A stretch of DNA of 64,000 bases, taken from NCBI RefSeq assembly GCF_009914755.1, contig NC_060925.1. One strand, written 5' to 3'. Shown here in pieces: positions 31,472-48,144 of this stretch (position 1 is the first letter of the stretch; the number at the start of each line of letters is the position of its first letter). The notes below the pieces were generated by a model. It had not been told where the DNA came from. It ran no database searches and saw only the letters and a list, made by a program, of their open reading frames with translations. The position numbers and the translations under genes are program-made. This stretch comes from the human T2T-CHM13v2.0 reference genome, Homo sapiens.

Positions 31472-33055
31472 CATAGTTTTAAAACTTTTTCGTCTCAGGA
31501 CAACTTTACACTTTTAAAAATTATTGAGAACTCCAAAGAGATTTTTTTTAAAAAATCAAATAGGCTGTACCTATTAATATTTACCAATTTTGACTAAAAA
31601 CAAAACTATCATTTGACCCTGCAATCCTACTACTGGGTATTTACCCAAGGAAATCATTTTATAATATAAAAAAGACACTTGCACTCATAGGTTCATCACA
31701 GCACTATTTACAATAGCAAAGTCATGGAACTAACTTAAATGTTCATCAACAGTTGACAGAATAAAGAAAACATGGTATATAAACACCATGGAATACTACA
31801 CAGTCTTAAAAAAGAATGAAATTATGTCCTTCCCAGCAACATGGAGGAGAGGGGGCCATTATCCTAAGTGAACTAACTTAGAAACAGAAAACCAAATACC
31901 TTTTGTTCTCACTTATAAGTGAGAGCACAACAATGGGTACACATAGACATAAAGATGAAAATATAATAGATACTGAGGACTCCAAAAGGAGGCAAGGAGG
32001 CTGAGGGTTGAAAAATTACCAGTTGAATACAATAATCACTCTTTGAGCCACGGGTATACTAGAAGCCTACTTTCATCAGTATGCAATATACCCATTTAAC
32101 AAACATGCACATGCTCCCCTGCTCACCCAAAATGTAAAATAAAATAAAACAAAACAATTAAAAATTAAAAATTTACCAGCTATGAAATAAAAAATTAAAA
32201 TAATCAGTAAAAATATATATTAATTACTTCATTAAAATGATAATAATAAGTACATTACATGGTAACATGAATATCTATCACAACTAACTATATTTCTCAA
32301 AACATATTTGGTAAGAGGAATGACGTTATTTTACAGTTTTGCAAGTCTCTTCCATGTTTGGCTTGGAAGACAGCTGGATTTTCACATCTATTTCTGCATT
32401 CAATCAGTTGCAATATGTTGTTTTAGTTGAAGAAAATCCATCCTTGCACAGAAAATGCTTTGAATAGGAAGGGATTTTTAGTAGCCTTATCAAACAATGA
32501 ATGATACTCTTCTCTGCTACTATACCAAAACTCCACAGGTAGTAGTCAGTGATTACCTGAGATGTAGAATCTGAAACTTTTAACAATGAACTTTTCATAC
32601 TCCTACTGTACTAAAATTCATTCTCCTATTTTGGACTTTGAATGGATCTTTTTACCCAGGAATGGCATGTACTGATGACTTGGAAAATACTGATGCACTG
32701 AGTTATGCAGATCTCTTAAATGCTGACACAATTCATCATACAATATCCAAAATGACATTTGTTAATATCACCACTGATACAATGAGAAAAGCCTTTTACT
32801 ACTGGAAAGCTCCCAGGCTCATCGTGACAATCACAAGTTTTCCAAAATTATAACTTTCACTCACAAGGTTGTTATTGGCAACTAATACTGTCAGTTGTTT
32901 TCCTTGAAATGACGGTCTTATTTTTTTCCATTAAAAAAAGGTGTGCCAAATATTCATGTCTGAAACAGCAGAGCTTGTCTTTCAGTTATTCTTTCAAGTA
33001 ACAATGACTAGCTCAGTTTGCAACTCAAATAATAGCACATCACACTTTTGTATGC
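31472..33055. mobile_element. Charlie1-type hAT DNA transposon, interrupted by L1
   Basis: aaactttttcgtctcaggacaactttacacttttaaaaattattgag terminus; internal gaagacagctggattttcacatct...gaatctgaaact. Confidence 0.75.
31590..32170 (+). mobile_element. Older primate L1 (L1PA15-17/L1PB-like) 3' fragment
   Basis: ORF2 C-terminal remnant (catttgaccctgcaatcctactactgggtat) plus 3' UTR and A tail; atttacca on both sides (31579, 32171). Confidence 0.85.
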
Positions 33056-33427
33056 AGCGCCTTGATCTCTTCAAAGCCATCTTCCACACTGTGGTCCGAG
33101 TGGCGTGTTGTAAGTAAATCTCCTCATTTTTCTCTCTTATTGAAAATACATTGGTTTTCTCTTTTGACTTTAGGATAAAGCTCAAAGTACTTGGCATATT
33201 ATGAGGCCCTGCCCATCCTCAATGCAATCCCCATCCTTCCCACACTGGAGTTTTTAATCATTTTCCCAGGTGAGCCATCCTCAGGCCTCTAAGGCATTGC
33301 CTGCCTACCTGGTTAAAATGGGCTTACCTTCCAAGATTCTGCTCAAGTTCAGGGGCTTTGAGAAGCCTTTTCTCATACACCTTGCTCTCTACATACCACT
33401 ATCATCATAGGTCTACTTATCAATTAA

Positions 33428-33747
<320 letters not shown>

Positions 33748-34801
33748 TGAAATTCTTACAGGGGGAAATTTTGTACTGTACAGAGATCTTTTTACCAGTA
33801 CACATATGTGTCCAAAATGATCTCAGGCCTAGAAAAGCCACGGCCTCTAGATAGAGAGGAAAATAGGGAAACTAGCTGACAAGTAAAGGGTCACTCCTGA
33901 TAGCACAGCAGCAGGCTATGGAGTTTGGTGTCCACAGTTTAAGAAATGGAGGATAGAGGGTTTAGAGTGGAGGTGCACGAGTGAGGTGCATTTTAAATAG
34001 GTTAAGTAAGCCTGCTTCACACTACAATTTGAACTTTGGAGAAAGACTCAAGGCGAGGACACCGTACCTATATTTAGACCCCAGAAGAAAGCTTTGCTCC
34101 AGGTCTAACAGGTTATCTCTCCATGAGATAGCCTCCACTTCTCTCTGGATTATGATCTCACTTACTCCTTACTCCATTACTCCCCTTGCCTGGGCTCCTG
34201 ACTCTGAAGATTGCTTCACAGATTTCAACAGTAAATAGATGATATCAGGAAAAAGAATTCAGAGGCCAAATTGTAAAATATTGGGTGAAAAAAAGTACTG
34301 GACAGATGTCAAAAACCTTTCAGAGATTTTACTTTTCTAACTTGCTCCAAATATCTCTAAAAAGGAATTATGGTTTGCAGTGCTTCCAAAAGAGCATAGC
34401 TGCAGAACCTTGTTTTGCAGGAGAATTTCAAGGGCTAAGGTTTAGTGCAATACACCTGGGAGAGACCTTGAGGTATGTATGCATCTAGGTTGAGCGATGA
34501 AAGGACAACAAAAGGAAAAGAAACAAAAACAAAGTCTCTAAAGAGCAGCAACAATAAAATCATCACTTGAAAACTTGTTTGAATATGTATGTTATAATTG
34601 ATGCAGCCTCACATAAAAGGTGACAAGCTATGGTTCCAGGATAATATGTCTGGGAGTGAGGGTGGATGACAGAGAGGGTTGTTTGGAAGCTTATAGGAGA
34701 ATATACTGCTCTAAATTTCTTATCATGATAAACTTGGAACTTTGAAGTTTAGAGAAGAAAGAGTTTATATATATGCTAGTCTATCCACCCGTGTTGCAAT
34801 T

Positions 34802-34803
<2 letters not shown>

Positions 34804-34834
<31 letters not shown>

Positions 34835-35102
34835 GAGACAGGGTTTCACTCTGTTACCCAGTCTAGAGTGCAGTGGCAAGACCATGGCTTACTGCAGCCT
34901 CAACCTCCTAGCTCAAGCAGATTCTCCTCCCTAGTAGCTGGGACCTCAGGTGCGTGATACCACACCTGGCTAACTTTTAAATTTTTTGTAGAGATGAGGT
35001 CTTTGCTGTGCAGGCTGGTTTCAAATTCCCGAGCTTACGCATTTCTCCCGTCTTAGCCTCCCAAAATGCTGGGATTACAGGCATGAGCCACTGTGCCCAG
35101 GC
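34804..35102 (-). mobile_element. AluJ
   Basis: Antisense Alu with long poly-T. Confidence 0.92.
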
Positions 35103-35397
35103 TTAATTCTTTTTCTGAAGGTAATTATTAAGTTCTTTTCCAAGACTGCTTTATTACTTTTTTGAAAAATCACTTATACATTGCTTTTGTTATGCAAATG
35201 CAGCTGCTATCTTCAGTGACATTGTTCAGTAAGTTCACGCAAAAGTAATTCAACCCTTGGCACTTCATTCATCCTGTTGGCAAGCTGAAGGAGTAGAGAG
35301 TGAAAAATTAAATGAATATGTGATCTGTAGTTAGTACCTATACCTTCTATTTAGCATTCTCGTTACTCTCCCCAATCTGGATGCCTAGTGTGTACCA

Positions 35398-36065
<668 letters not shown>

Positions 36066-36491
36066 TAAACATAGGTGCTTGATAAGTGATTGTCAGACAC
36101 ATGAATAAATGAGGGAAATTTCCTGCTCTTGTGCAATCACAGAGACCTCTGGAATTCAACATAGCTACTCTCACAAGTGCTCAGGAACCCTAGAGGACAT
36201 CAACAGGGGTGGTGTCAATCAGGGCTTTTTGATGACTTGCCCCCGAGCCTGCCCTGCTGCAGACCCCAGGTCCTTAGCCTCAGCAACACCCTTGGCTCTG
36301 AGGACTTCAGTGTGGCTGGACCAACAGCTCCCTCTTTTTCATCACTCATTCATTATTTAATCAGCCTATCTACCTCACCAAGGCCTCCCCAACCCAGCTG
36401 CTCCTTTCTGTCCATAAAATAACTGCCTTAGTTCAGGCAGTTATGGCTGGGTGAAGCAGAGACAATGCCACTATTCCCACCATTCTAATTA

Positions 36492-36892
<401 letters not shown>

Positions 36893-37210
36893 TCAAATAA
36901 GCCCAGAATAATGCTCAACCCAGAATGATGCAGACCTATGTCCTAGTCATGGTAGCATGGGACTGGGCATCCCCGCCATGCTGTCCACCCTCACCTTAGA
37001 AGAGGGCCTGCCCCTGGAGAAGCAGGAGAATGTGTTCCCTTTGGGGAAAGTTTGACCAAAAGAGGAAGAAAAATGAACCAAACATACTCAGATATTTTTC
37101 TGAAAGTTACTGATGAAATGAATCACTCCAATTTCTTAGGTCAAGCGTTAATAAAGGGGTGGGGAAAAGCCAGGGATGTGCTTAGAGAGTATCCCTCTTA
37201 AGAAGAACCA

Positions 37211-37552
<342 letters not shown>

Positions 37553-38530
37553 CTATCAAGCTTTATAAAAGCATTGGTCAACAGATGGAAGAGTGGTTTT
37601 GAGGATAGCCCTATTCCCTCTTAAGGCTGGGATAGAGGGTTAGGGGTGGCATTCAAAGGAAAACGTCTACCTTTAGTACAAGGCGGTTCTATTAAAACTG
37701 TGGAGGCATTAGATGGAAGCCAGCAGTAATGCTTTAGAACCATTCTGGGCTTCCTGCAGAGTGGTGTCTGCTGGGACCTGAATCGTGGCAGGAGATGCCC
37801 AGTGCACGGGGCCCATTTGGTCACCAGCAGAAACAGGAAGGGCCCCCTGGGAGCTGAGCCAATTGTGTGGACATGTGAGACATATCTCGGGACCTCCCAG
37901 GAGAGCTATGGAAGTAGTGATAGGACACTGTAGGCGCTGCAGGTAGGCAGAGGCAAAAGCCAGCGAACTTGTTACTCATCAATGGATTCTCTCTGTACTA
38001 ACTGCTGAGGCCTGAAGAAACTTGGTTATATACAGAAGTGTGAGGCCTCCCTTGGAGACTAAAGCATTTGCTCCCTCCCAAGACATTAGGCAGAAAATAC
38101 TACTTGGGATGGCAGGTTGTTTTGCACGGTCATGCCCTTTTACTTCATGAGCTATAATCTAGATGTCAGCTGGGGACTCTGTGTCCTCATGGTATATGTA
38201 GGATTGCTTTGACCCTCCCATTGGACAGTGTGAAGAAGTCTTAAGCCAACTGGAGATTTGTGGTCATTCTTTTCATGGCTTAGCTCTATCCACACAGGCG
38301 GTCATTTTCTAGGCCTGCACCATGCAGAGTCCAAACTCAGTTCTTCCACCAGTCTCCATAACAATGCTACTCGCTCTAAGCATTTTATGAGGTTTCCTAG
38401 AATTCATGTAATATTTAAGGGGATAACAATGAGAGGGCTATATCTCACTGCACAGTATTCCAATTTCTCTAGGTCTTTGACCCTTTTTCCTCCAATCATC
38501 TAGATACCCGACATGCACAAAGACATGGAG

Positions 38531-38555
38531 ACACACACACACACACACACACACG
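38531..38555. repeat. (CA)n microsatellite
   Basis: Seen directly. Confidence 0.9.
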
Positions 38556-38959
38556 CTGAATTCATCCTCCCTTTGATCCACAGAAAACCAAGGGTTCCTC
38601 CTCTGCTCTCCCACAGAACAGCATCCCTCCCACTCAGCTTTCAGCTTCTATCCTAAATATGCTCTGCAAGGAATTTTCCCAACAAAGGCACTTCTCTAGT
38701 TAGAAAAAAATTATCATGCCAGTTGCTAAAACAAAAAAAACACTCTCTTTTTCTAAACTAATTTAGATGCATAGTAGGTGCTTAGAAAATAATAAGTGTG
38801 TAAATATTTATTACTCTAAGTAAGGTCCTCTTCAGGGTGACCCTGTACAGAAGCAGCCTGGGGCTGAGATACTCCCTATCTAATTTATAAAGGATCAGGG
38901 CAGGCATACATTAAATCCTTTTTTCTACCTCGATCTTATTTCCTCTTAGGAACTGAAAG

Positions 38960-39140
38960 TGCTTTCAGACATTATTTCAGTAATCCTTGCAGCTTCCCCC
39001 AATGAGAGGAAAAAATGCCCTTATCTCCAGTGCGCAGATGGAGCCCAGAGAGATGGAAGTTAAGTGACTCCCAAGGTTGCCCACAGGGAGCACAGAGAAG
39101 AAGCTAAGCTGCGACCTGGAGTCTTGGTGACCCCGTTCTA
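38960..39140 (-). mobile_element. MIR
   Basis: cagatggagcccagagag...gttaagtgactcccaaggtt antisense core. Confidence 0.6.
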
Positions 39141-39234
39141 GAGTTAGAAGATAACGTTGCCTTACAAAGAGTTTTCAAATGTGGCAGCTTTTGCTCTTTG
39201 AAATGGGAATAATTGAGGTTTCCCATTTATATTT

Positions 39235-39551
<317 letters not shown>

Positions 39552-39589
39552 CCATTTATATTTTTTGCTCTGTAATGGAGCATGGGAGT

Positions 39590-39865
39590 TCATGCAACGG
39601 GCTCTAGATCAAGCCTGCTTGGGTCAAATGCGCAGCTCTGCTACTCTCTAGTTACTGACCTTGGGAAAGTTACTCAGCATTTTGTTGCCTCAGCTTCAGC
39701 ATCTGAAAAACAGATGTGCTAAATACAACAATATCCTTCTCACGGAGTTATTATGAGGATCAAATGAGTTTACCCCTCCTACCTCCAGCCCCCCATACAC
39801 CCACTAGAGAGGTTAGGAAAGTGCCCGGTACAGAGAAATGCTACATAAATGTTAGCTATAATTAT
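39590..39865 (+). mobile_element. MIR
   Basis: tgaccttgggaaagttact...gcctcagcttc..catctgaaaa...tgaggatcaaatgag. Confidence 0.72.
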
Positions 39866-40029
39866 TTCTCCTTTTCGAATTGTGCATTCTTTATTTAGCA
39901 ACCTTAAGTTGATTTTTTTTTTTTTTTGGTCTAGGTGACAGCATTGCCTAACTATAGAAACCAACCTTGTAGAGTCCTAGGCATATAATTAAACCTAATA
40001 TATCACCATACTATTGTTCACTTCTTTCT

Positions 40030-40320
40030 TTCCTTCCTTCCTTCATTCCAGAAACACTTTCCAAGTGCCCACTATGTGAAAGGTACGGTATTAGATTAGG
40101 TACAGTAGTAAAGGTAATTTAGAAGATAAATTTGGCCTTAGCATCTTATGGTCTAAGGAGAATATGCACATAAACATTTAAATTTCAACTCAATGTCAAG
40201 GTAACATCATAGAGAGAATCCAGAAGAAGCAACATCTAATTCTGCTTGATACTATCAGGAAAGCCTTACCTGAGGAGGTAACTGAGTCTTGAAGTAGAAA
40301 TAGGAGTTATTCTGACAAAT
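40030..40320 (-). mobile_element. L2 relic
   Basis: ttcattccagaaacactttccaagtgcccactatgtg...tcaggaaagccttacctgaggaggtaac. Confidence 0.6.
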
Positions 40321-40517
40321 AAAAAATCCTTGAAATGTTTGGGCAATTTGTTCAGAATACATATTTTTTAAGCTCACATACAACAATATAAAAAGTAACC
40401 ATATATTAGTGATAAAGCACGTCTCAACACATTTTAAGGATTGAAGTCATACAGAAAGCACAATTCTATGAAGCTAAAAATAAATTACTAAATCCGTCAA
40501 TAATCCCTACTCGACAG

Positions 40518-40817
40518 CCATCATTCTCAGCAAACTATCGCAAGGACAAAAAACCAAACACCGCATGTTCTCACTCATAGGTGGGAATCGAACAATGAGA
40601 ACACATGGACACAGGAAGGGGAACATCACACACCGGGGACTGTTGTGGCGTGGGGGGAGCGGGGAGGGATAGCATTAGGAGATATACCTAATGCTAAATG
40701 ACGAGTTAATGGGTGCAGCACACCAACATGGCACATGTATACATATGTAACAAACCTGCACGTTGTGCACATGTAACCTAAAACTTAAAGTATAATAATA
40801 ATAAAATTTAAAAAAAG
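40518..40817 (+). mobile_element. 5'-truncated young L1PA (L1PA3/4-like) 3' end
   Basis: ccatcattctcagcaaactatcgcaaggac...gcattaggagatatacctaatgctaaatgacgag...acttaaagtataataa. Confidence 0.93.
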
Positions 40818-41100
40818 AATAACTTTCCATTTTATCAATTGAAATTAATAGAAGTAAAAGTTTAAATAGTGTTGACTACAAATATTAGTATATAGATGTA
40901 TGTATTTGATGTAAAAACATAGTTTTGGAGATTATTCTCTTCAAATGATTTAGTATATTTCAGAAAGATAAGAGGATGATAAATTTCAACCAAAAATAAT
41001 AACACTGAGCTTTTAAAAGTATACTTGAAAAAAAAGTACAGTTGCATAGATTTGAAGAGGAAATATAGAGCAGTATGTTATCTAAAAAGTTCAGAAAATG

Positions 41101-41705
<605 letters not shown>

Positions 41706-42344
41706 TTAAAAAGTTCAGAAAATATTTTATAATGTCAAAAATATAAATTACACAGTATATGTATATATGTAAATATATACAAATAATTTACATCTCTATA
41801 AAATATTTCAAAATTATTTTATAAAGCAACTTCCCAGAAATTGAGTATTTAAATGCTATTTGGACATGCAGAATAATAGGCAAAAAAAAAAAAAAAAAAA
41901 AAACTCTTCAGAGGAATAAGTAGGGAATTTCATACAAAGGGGTGATAACTCTTAAGATATTTTAGCTTTGGATTAATTTACATTTCCCTACCCCGTAATG
42001 ATATGCTCCCTTGGGGCTAGAAAGAAAGCAAATTAAATACCAGTTGAACAACTAAATTGATTATTATATTGATATCCCTTCTTCAAAATGTTAACGGAAG
42101 GACAACTACTATTTATACACAATTAGCATGGAGGAGAGACGTAATTAAACATAACTTTAGATAATTTCTCCAAATTATACTCCTCTAACATTTTGAAAAA
42201 GTTTTTAAAACAGAAGTGATATAAAAACAGGTGAGCTTCTTACCCTCAGCCTCCATGCTATAAGTAACACTGAAATTCACCATAAGATTTTCTTGCAAAA
42301 TGCCATAAATGACCTTGCGTGTTTAAGTGTACCACTGAGGGGAT

Positions 42345-42730
42345 ATTGGCTACTAGAAACAAACAAACAAAAAAAAAAAAAACGGAACTCAAAACACTTC
42401 AAGCAGTAAAAGGTTTTTTGTTTGTTTTTAAATTTCACAAAATGAAGTAAAGTCCCGAGGCAGGATGATTTCAGATTTGGTTAAGTCAGATTCTTTCCGT
42501 ATTCTGACTCTACATTCATCAGCATGGGACCTTCCCAGCCACGACATTATCACATTTTTACATGCCTGTGCCCAAAGGCAAAAATAGCGTCAACCTCTTA
42601 CTTTTCCTTCCTCTAACTAGCAAAAAAGCATCGCCAGCACCCTCACAGAAGAAATCTCTTTAGGTCACAACAGCTAGAATTGCATTAAGTATATTTTATA
42701 AGCCAATAATCACCGGCAGAGAGAATAAAA
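42345..42730 (-). mobile_element. Old MaLR LTR (MLT1J/K/L-like)
   Basis: agtcccgaggcagg...agattctttcc..attctg.ctct...gctagaattgcat pattern; highly diverged. Confidence 0.45.
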
Positions 42731-42755
42731 CAGACATAATCAACCCCCTAAAGAG

Positions 42756-42925
42756 CAGCAGTTCTCAAACTTGAGTGAGCACCACAGTTACTTGGAGAGT
42801 TTATTAAACGAGATTTCTGGGTGGAGCCCAGAAATCAGTAGGTATAGGGTGGGGCCCACGAGTCTGTATTTCCAAAAAACTTCCAGGTGTTACTGATGCT
42901 GCTGGTCCTTCTACAAACCCCCTGC
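42756..42925. mobile_element. MER5A
   Basis: cagcagttctcaaacttgag...ggtggggccc...ttccaggtg..actgatgctgctggtcc. Confidence 0.8.
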
Positions 42926-44438
42926 ACTGCCCTAAAGCACGTGGGAGCATCTTAGCAAAGGGGTGGGGGAGGTGGCTCAGGTAATCAACCAACGTGCATC
43001 TGAGATCTAATATTATTTTAAAATTGCTTTTCAAGAATTCCTATTACTTCAAATTAAAGATGTAACTGAGTGTCTTCTGAGTATTTTAGAATTGCAAATT
43101 TTGATATTCTACCATCACTATGCTCCACCTCTCTGAAGCCATTACTAGGGCAAGGATATAGTGAGAAAGTTTCTGTCACTGCTAAGCAAGTGCATCCTTC
43201 AGATTGCCAATGTGTCATTGTAGTTGGAGCTATTAAACTTCTATGTGGCATGAAAATTGTTTGGCTAACTTTAAAAAGGAGAAAAAAATGGAAGTGGAGG
43301 TTAGAATTTTTCTAGCCCAGCAAGAACCCACTTGGTAACCACTTTTAGATAAAAAGCCCAAAAATAATATACTTCACCAGATGTTCCTTTAATTTTCCAG
43401 GGATTAATTTGAGAGTCAATTACCTATTTTAAGTGATTAACATAAATTAAAAAAAAAAAACACTAGGCTCTGAACCAATGCTTTTAACTGTATGATGGAC
43501 CATTGTTCATTTCCGATACTTTTAAGAACTAGGATGATTTTGACACATTAAAAAATGTCCTGGAATGAATTTGCTATTCTGCTTGGCAACATTTGAGGAA
43601 GTAAATACTGCTACAAATCCTTTAGGTAGCTTTCAATTGTCCATGTCTGTTAGTGAGAAGAGGGACAGTAAGAAAAATGCTAAGGTCAAATTCACTCATG
43701 ACTTCATGCCAAAAAAAAGGTATTTCTGAGTTGATAACTCTAAAATCTTTTTCTAAGTAGGGACAAGAATTACTAATAACAAACAGTGGAAAACATACTG
43801 AACTAAAACACAAAATATCTGAATTTTACAGGTCACTTAACTTCCCTGAGCATTGCTTTCTTATCTGAACCTCTAAGGATTGGATTTGGTGTTTGGTTTC
43901 TTTTTTATTTTTATAACATCCCTTTCAGATATAATCCAAAGGTGACATCTCCTTTCTCTGTCCTATCCATCTTTGATGATATGTGTTAATAACAGTTAAA
44001 TGCAAAATAATAGGATAAAAGGCTTAATTACAAAAAAAAAAAAAAAAAACCAAGAGGCCAGATAATTCTACTCTGGAAGAACTGGCTGTAACATCATGAT
44101 GATGGCAGCAATTTAGAAAGCCACATTAACTTTGTTACAGAGATTTATTTAACGCCAGTTTGAAGAATGACGTCTTTATGCCGATGACATGATTCATTTT
44201 TTTTTAATGAGTAAAATGTGTTTTTCTCCATTAGACTTTACTCTCTGTACCTTGAAAATAAAAATACCTTTCCAGTGTCATGCATGAGTCATATTGATTC
44301 TCAAATTAAACTAAACACCCATAGCACATAGGAAAAAAAAGCCAAATGACAATTTAGAAATGTAAGGGAATTTGAATGTCTACTCATTTACTTGAATCTA
44401 ATCATTAAGATGAGGATGTTATTTCACTCTTTCTAGAA

Positions 44439-44627
44439 CAATAGTTTTCCAACTTGAGTTTGCATCAGAATCACCAACAGGACCAGTAAAAACAGACAGC
44501 TGGACCCAACTTCCAGAGTTGCCAAGTCAGTGGGACTATGTAGGGCCTGAAAATTTGCATTTTTAACAATTTCTCAGGCTACACTGGCTGATGTTGCTGG
44601 TTGGGAACCACACTTTGAGAACTACTG
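44439..44627. mobile_element. MER5A
   Basis: gcatcagaatcacc...atttgcatttttaaca...ccacactttgagaactactg with both TIRs. Confidence 0.85.
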
Positions 44628-45834
44628 TTTGTAGAAGACTGGTAAAAATTGGTAGGTGTAAGAAAGATATTCTTTTTAGATATATGTCTGGGAGCTGGGG
44701 GCAAAGTAGAAAAGCATTTAAAAAGCAAAAATGAGAGACACCTGAACTGTCATGCATTTACCAGAATTTTCTCTCATAACGTGGCAGCCTTCACTGTCCT
44801 CTTTCCTTTTTACTATTCTAAATCAAAACATTACAAATGTACAAGCTGGAACTGATTATGCATAATAGCTGATGTTACTTCACTGATTAAAAACAAAAAA
44901 AGCAATAAACTTTGGCTCCCTCTGCAAGCTGCCCATAATAAAATGCAGAGGAAATATTTATTAATCAAGCAAAGACTGAAAGACATTTCGTTAATGGTCT
45001 GCCTCATCACATCAGTTTGAATCACATTACACATCCCGTTAAGAAGAGATGATGCTTAAAAATACAGAAAACTAAATGTGGCATTATCATCCATCCCAAC
45101 TGGAAAATGTGATGGATTGTCCTTAATAGAAAGAGTGGTAGTCTATTCATGTGGTATGTCTCGCAAAGGACCGCCAGGCTCCAAGAGCCAAGTATTCTGA
45201 TCACTTTTTCCTTAATGAGAGGCTCCCATAAACACAATTTAATCCTCTTTGAAAACCTGAGGGCTATTTTGTGTTTAAGTGGCATACACAGAGATCATTA
45301 AAATGTAAAAGAACTGTGCAGGGAGGCCCAATTTTTTTCCAGGTGGCCATGCATCAGAATTTTGTTAGAATGTAACATGGATTTGATTGAATGATTCTCC
45401 CATTTCCACATGGAGAGTGGAGCCCAGAGAATTGTTTAATCATGTATCCATGATTCAATATTCATTTATGGAGCACCTATGCTGGGCCAGAGGTACTATG
45501 AGTGGGGATGACAGGATGGATGTGACAGACAGGACCCCTGTCCCCATGCAGTTTACAGGCTATATCAGTAATTAACAAGAACTAAAATACTTGGCAAAGA
45601 GGAATGCTTCCATCAATGTTTGTTTAAATTAAAGGAAAAAAACAAACCCCACAACGAAATAATCAATACAGTTGTCACAAGTGCACAGGACAGCATGAAA
45701 GCCCATGACACATATTTTGGAGAAGAGGTACTTCCATTTTTTTTGGTGGGGGAGGTACATTAGCCTCAAATTTCACAGAATACATGCAATCTCAAAGTTA
45801 AAAAATGGGTTTTACTGTTAAGGTCTGTCAATAA

Positions 45835-46173
<339 letters not shown>

Positions 46174-46289
46174 AATTCAACTTATTAATACTAGAATACA
46201 TTTTCTACAGAAAAAGTTGTGAAAAATTGTGATATAATTGTATTGTAGTACATTGTAAAAATTACAATACAAGTGAAATGCTTTTTATT

Positions 46290-47695
46290 TACATTTATAA
46301 AGAATAGAAAATGTAATCATAAGAAATAAGAGAAAAACCATTTTTACATAAAATTGAATATAAACAGCAATAAATGAAATCGACTATATATCAATTTGAT
46401 AAACCACAGAGAAAAAAATAATTATTTCAAATAATTTTTGAAAATAGTTCTTTGACCCATTTTAATGGGATGTATAAGTCTAAGGGCAAAAAAAAAAGAA
46501 AAGGTCTGAAAGCATACCTTAAATTTATTAATGGGTTTGTTAGTAGTGATATTCTAATTTTGAGACAATATTGTAGAAAACTAAAGAGATAGGTTGATAA
46601 TATTAGCCACCATAATTTTTTTTCTAAGGGAAAGGAGATACAAATATAAAAAAAAAGAAACCAAGAAAAAGAACACTCATAATATTAATTTTCTCCCACT
46701 TAATTTTTCTGTAATACTAAATTTGAATTGAAAAATATAGTGTGAACCAAAGATTATAAACGTAATTTCCCTTAGGGTTTCTACTGAAAGGGTTTAGAAA
46801 CATTGACACAGTAGCAACAAGCAAATTTAGTTCCCTGATCCTGGTTTCTAAATACCATTCCTTACAGAAACAACAAACAAACAAAAAACAAACCAGTTAA
46901 TACCAAGTTTAGGTTTGGTCAAGGTGAACTGGTGACAATTTGTTGTGCCAAACACTAATTTAAATCAAACTATGTGAAAGAATTCAAAAACTAGCTTCAA
47001 AAAGCATTCATGAGTTCACAATAAGAAACAGGGAGAGAGAGAGGCAGAGGGAGAGAAAGAGAGAGAGAAAGGGAGACAGAGAATGAATGAGATGCCCTCC
47101 AGCAAAGGAAAGCAGTAAGTCCACGACATCATCTATCCTTGCCAAAATGTCTATCCTGGATCTAATAAAGCATCCCATCCTGCACTGCCCAATATGGTAG
47201 CCATTAGCCACATGTGACTGTTTAGATTTAAATTTAGAATAATTTAAGTTAAACAAGTTAGAATTTCTTTTCCTCTATCATCCTAGCCCTCTCACATATG
47301 GCTGGTGGCTACTGTATTGGGTAGCACCAACGAAGAACAGCCATCCTCACAGCAAGATCTGTCGGGCAGTGCTGCTCCAGACCTATCTTCCAAATTATAT
47401 GGAAACCAAGAAACCAAGTTAAATGACACTACGGGGAAACCATATGACAAATCCAGACTGACAGAATGCCGTGGGACTTCTACTAGACTATTAGCCTGAA
47501 CTCTTCCAAAAGTAAATTGTGTTTGTGTGTGTGTGGTGTTTGAACACCTACATATGTATATAAAATGCAATTATTATTGTATACTACAAAGATGTAAGAG
47601 AGGTAACAACCAAATGTAATGCGTGAATCTGGACTGAATACTGAATTAGAAGGAAATCTGGAGAAATCTGAGAATAGAATGGATATTAGATGACT
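46290..47695 (+). mobile_element. Old L1M (L1MC/ME-like) 3' region, fragmented
   Basis: ctggtttctaaataccatt, gacaaatccaga and aaccaaatgtaatgcgtgaatctggactg motifs. Confidence 0.5.
47179..47328. mobile_element. MER3/MER33 hAT element
   Basis: ctgcccaatatggtagccattagccacatgtg ... catatggctggtggctactgtattgg inverted termini. Confidence 0.8.
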
Positions 47696-48028
47696 ATCCC
47701 CACACCTACGCCATAGAAGCGGAAGTCACTCTTGTTGTTTATAAAAGGCCCACGAGGGAAAGTGCCCTACTTTTTCCCAGAGAGGGGAGGGGCTTGCGGG
47801 AAATGAATGGGAGAGAGTTGAAGCAGAGTGCTGAGAAGAGGGAAAGATTTACCATAACTGGAAAGGAAAAGGAGTTTTACTAGTTCCTCACTGAAAGATT
47901 GTCCCCGGGGCCTGAAAGCTTGAAGAGATGAGAAACTCCTCCCCTTTCAGGCCCAGTCCCAAGGCGCAAGGCCACTTACAGTAATCAGCAGCGTGGGTCA
48001 GCAAGACAGCGGAAGCAGGACGACAGCC

Positions 48029-48088
48029 GGCCGGAAGACACCTACCCCGGCCGGAAGACACCTACCCTGGCCGGAAGACACCTACCTC
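48029..48088 (+). repeat. 3 x 20-bp tandem repeat ggccggaagacacctac(ccc/cct/ctc) inside LTR3
   Basis: Seen directly; each unit has a CCGGAAG ETS core. Confidence 0.92.
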
Positions 48089-48144
48089 TGAAGATGGAGA
48101 AGGAGGCCGTCCGGGTAGTACGTAGCAGTCAGGTCAGTCTGGGA

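Noticed and set aside
48029-48088. Short direct repeats as a CRISPR-like array
   Set aside because: Head-to-tail with no spacers, inside a retroviral LTR in primate DNA
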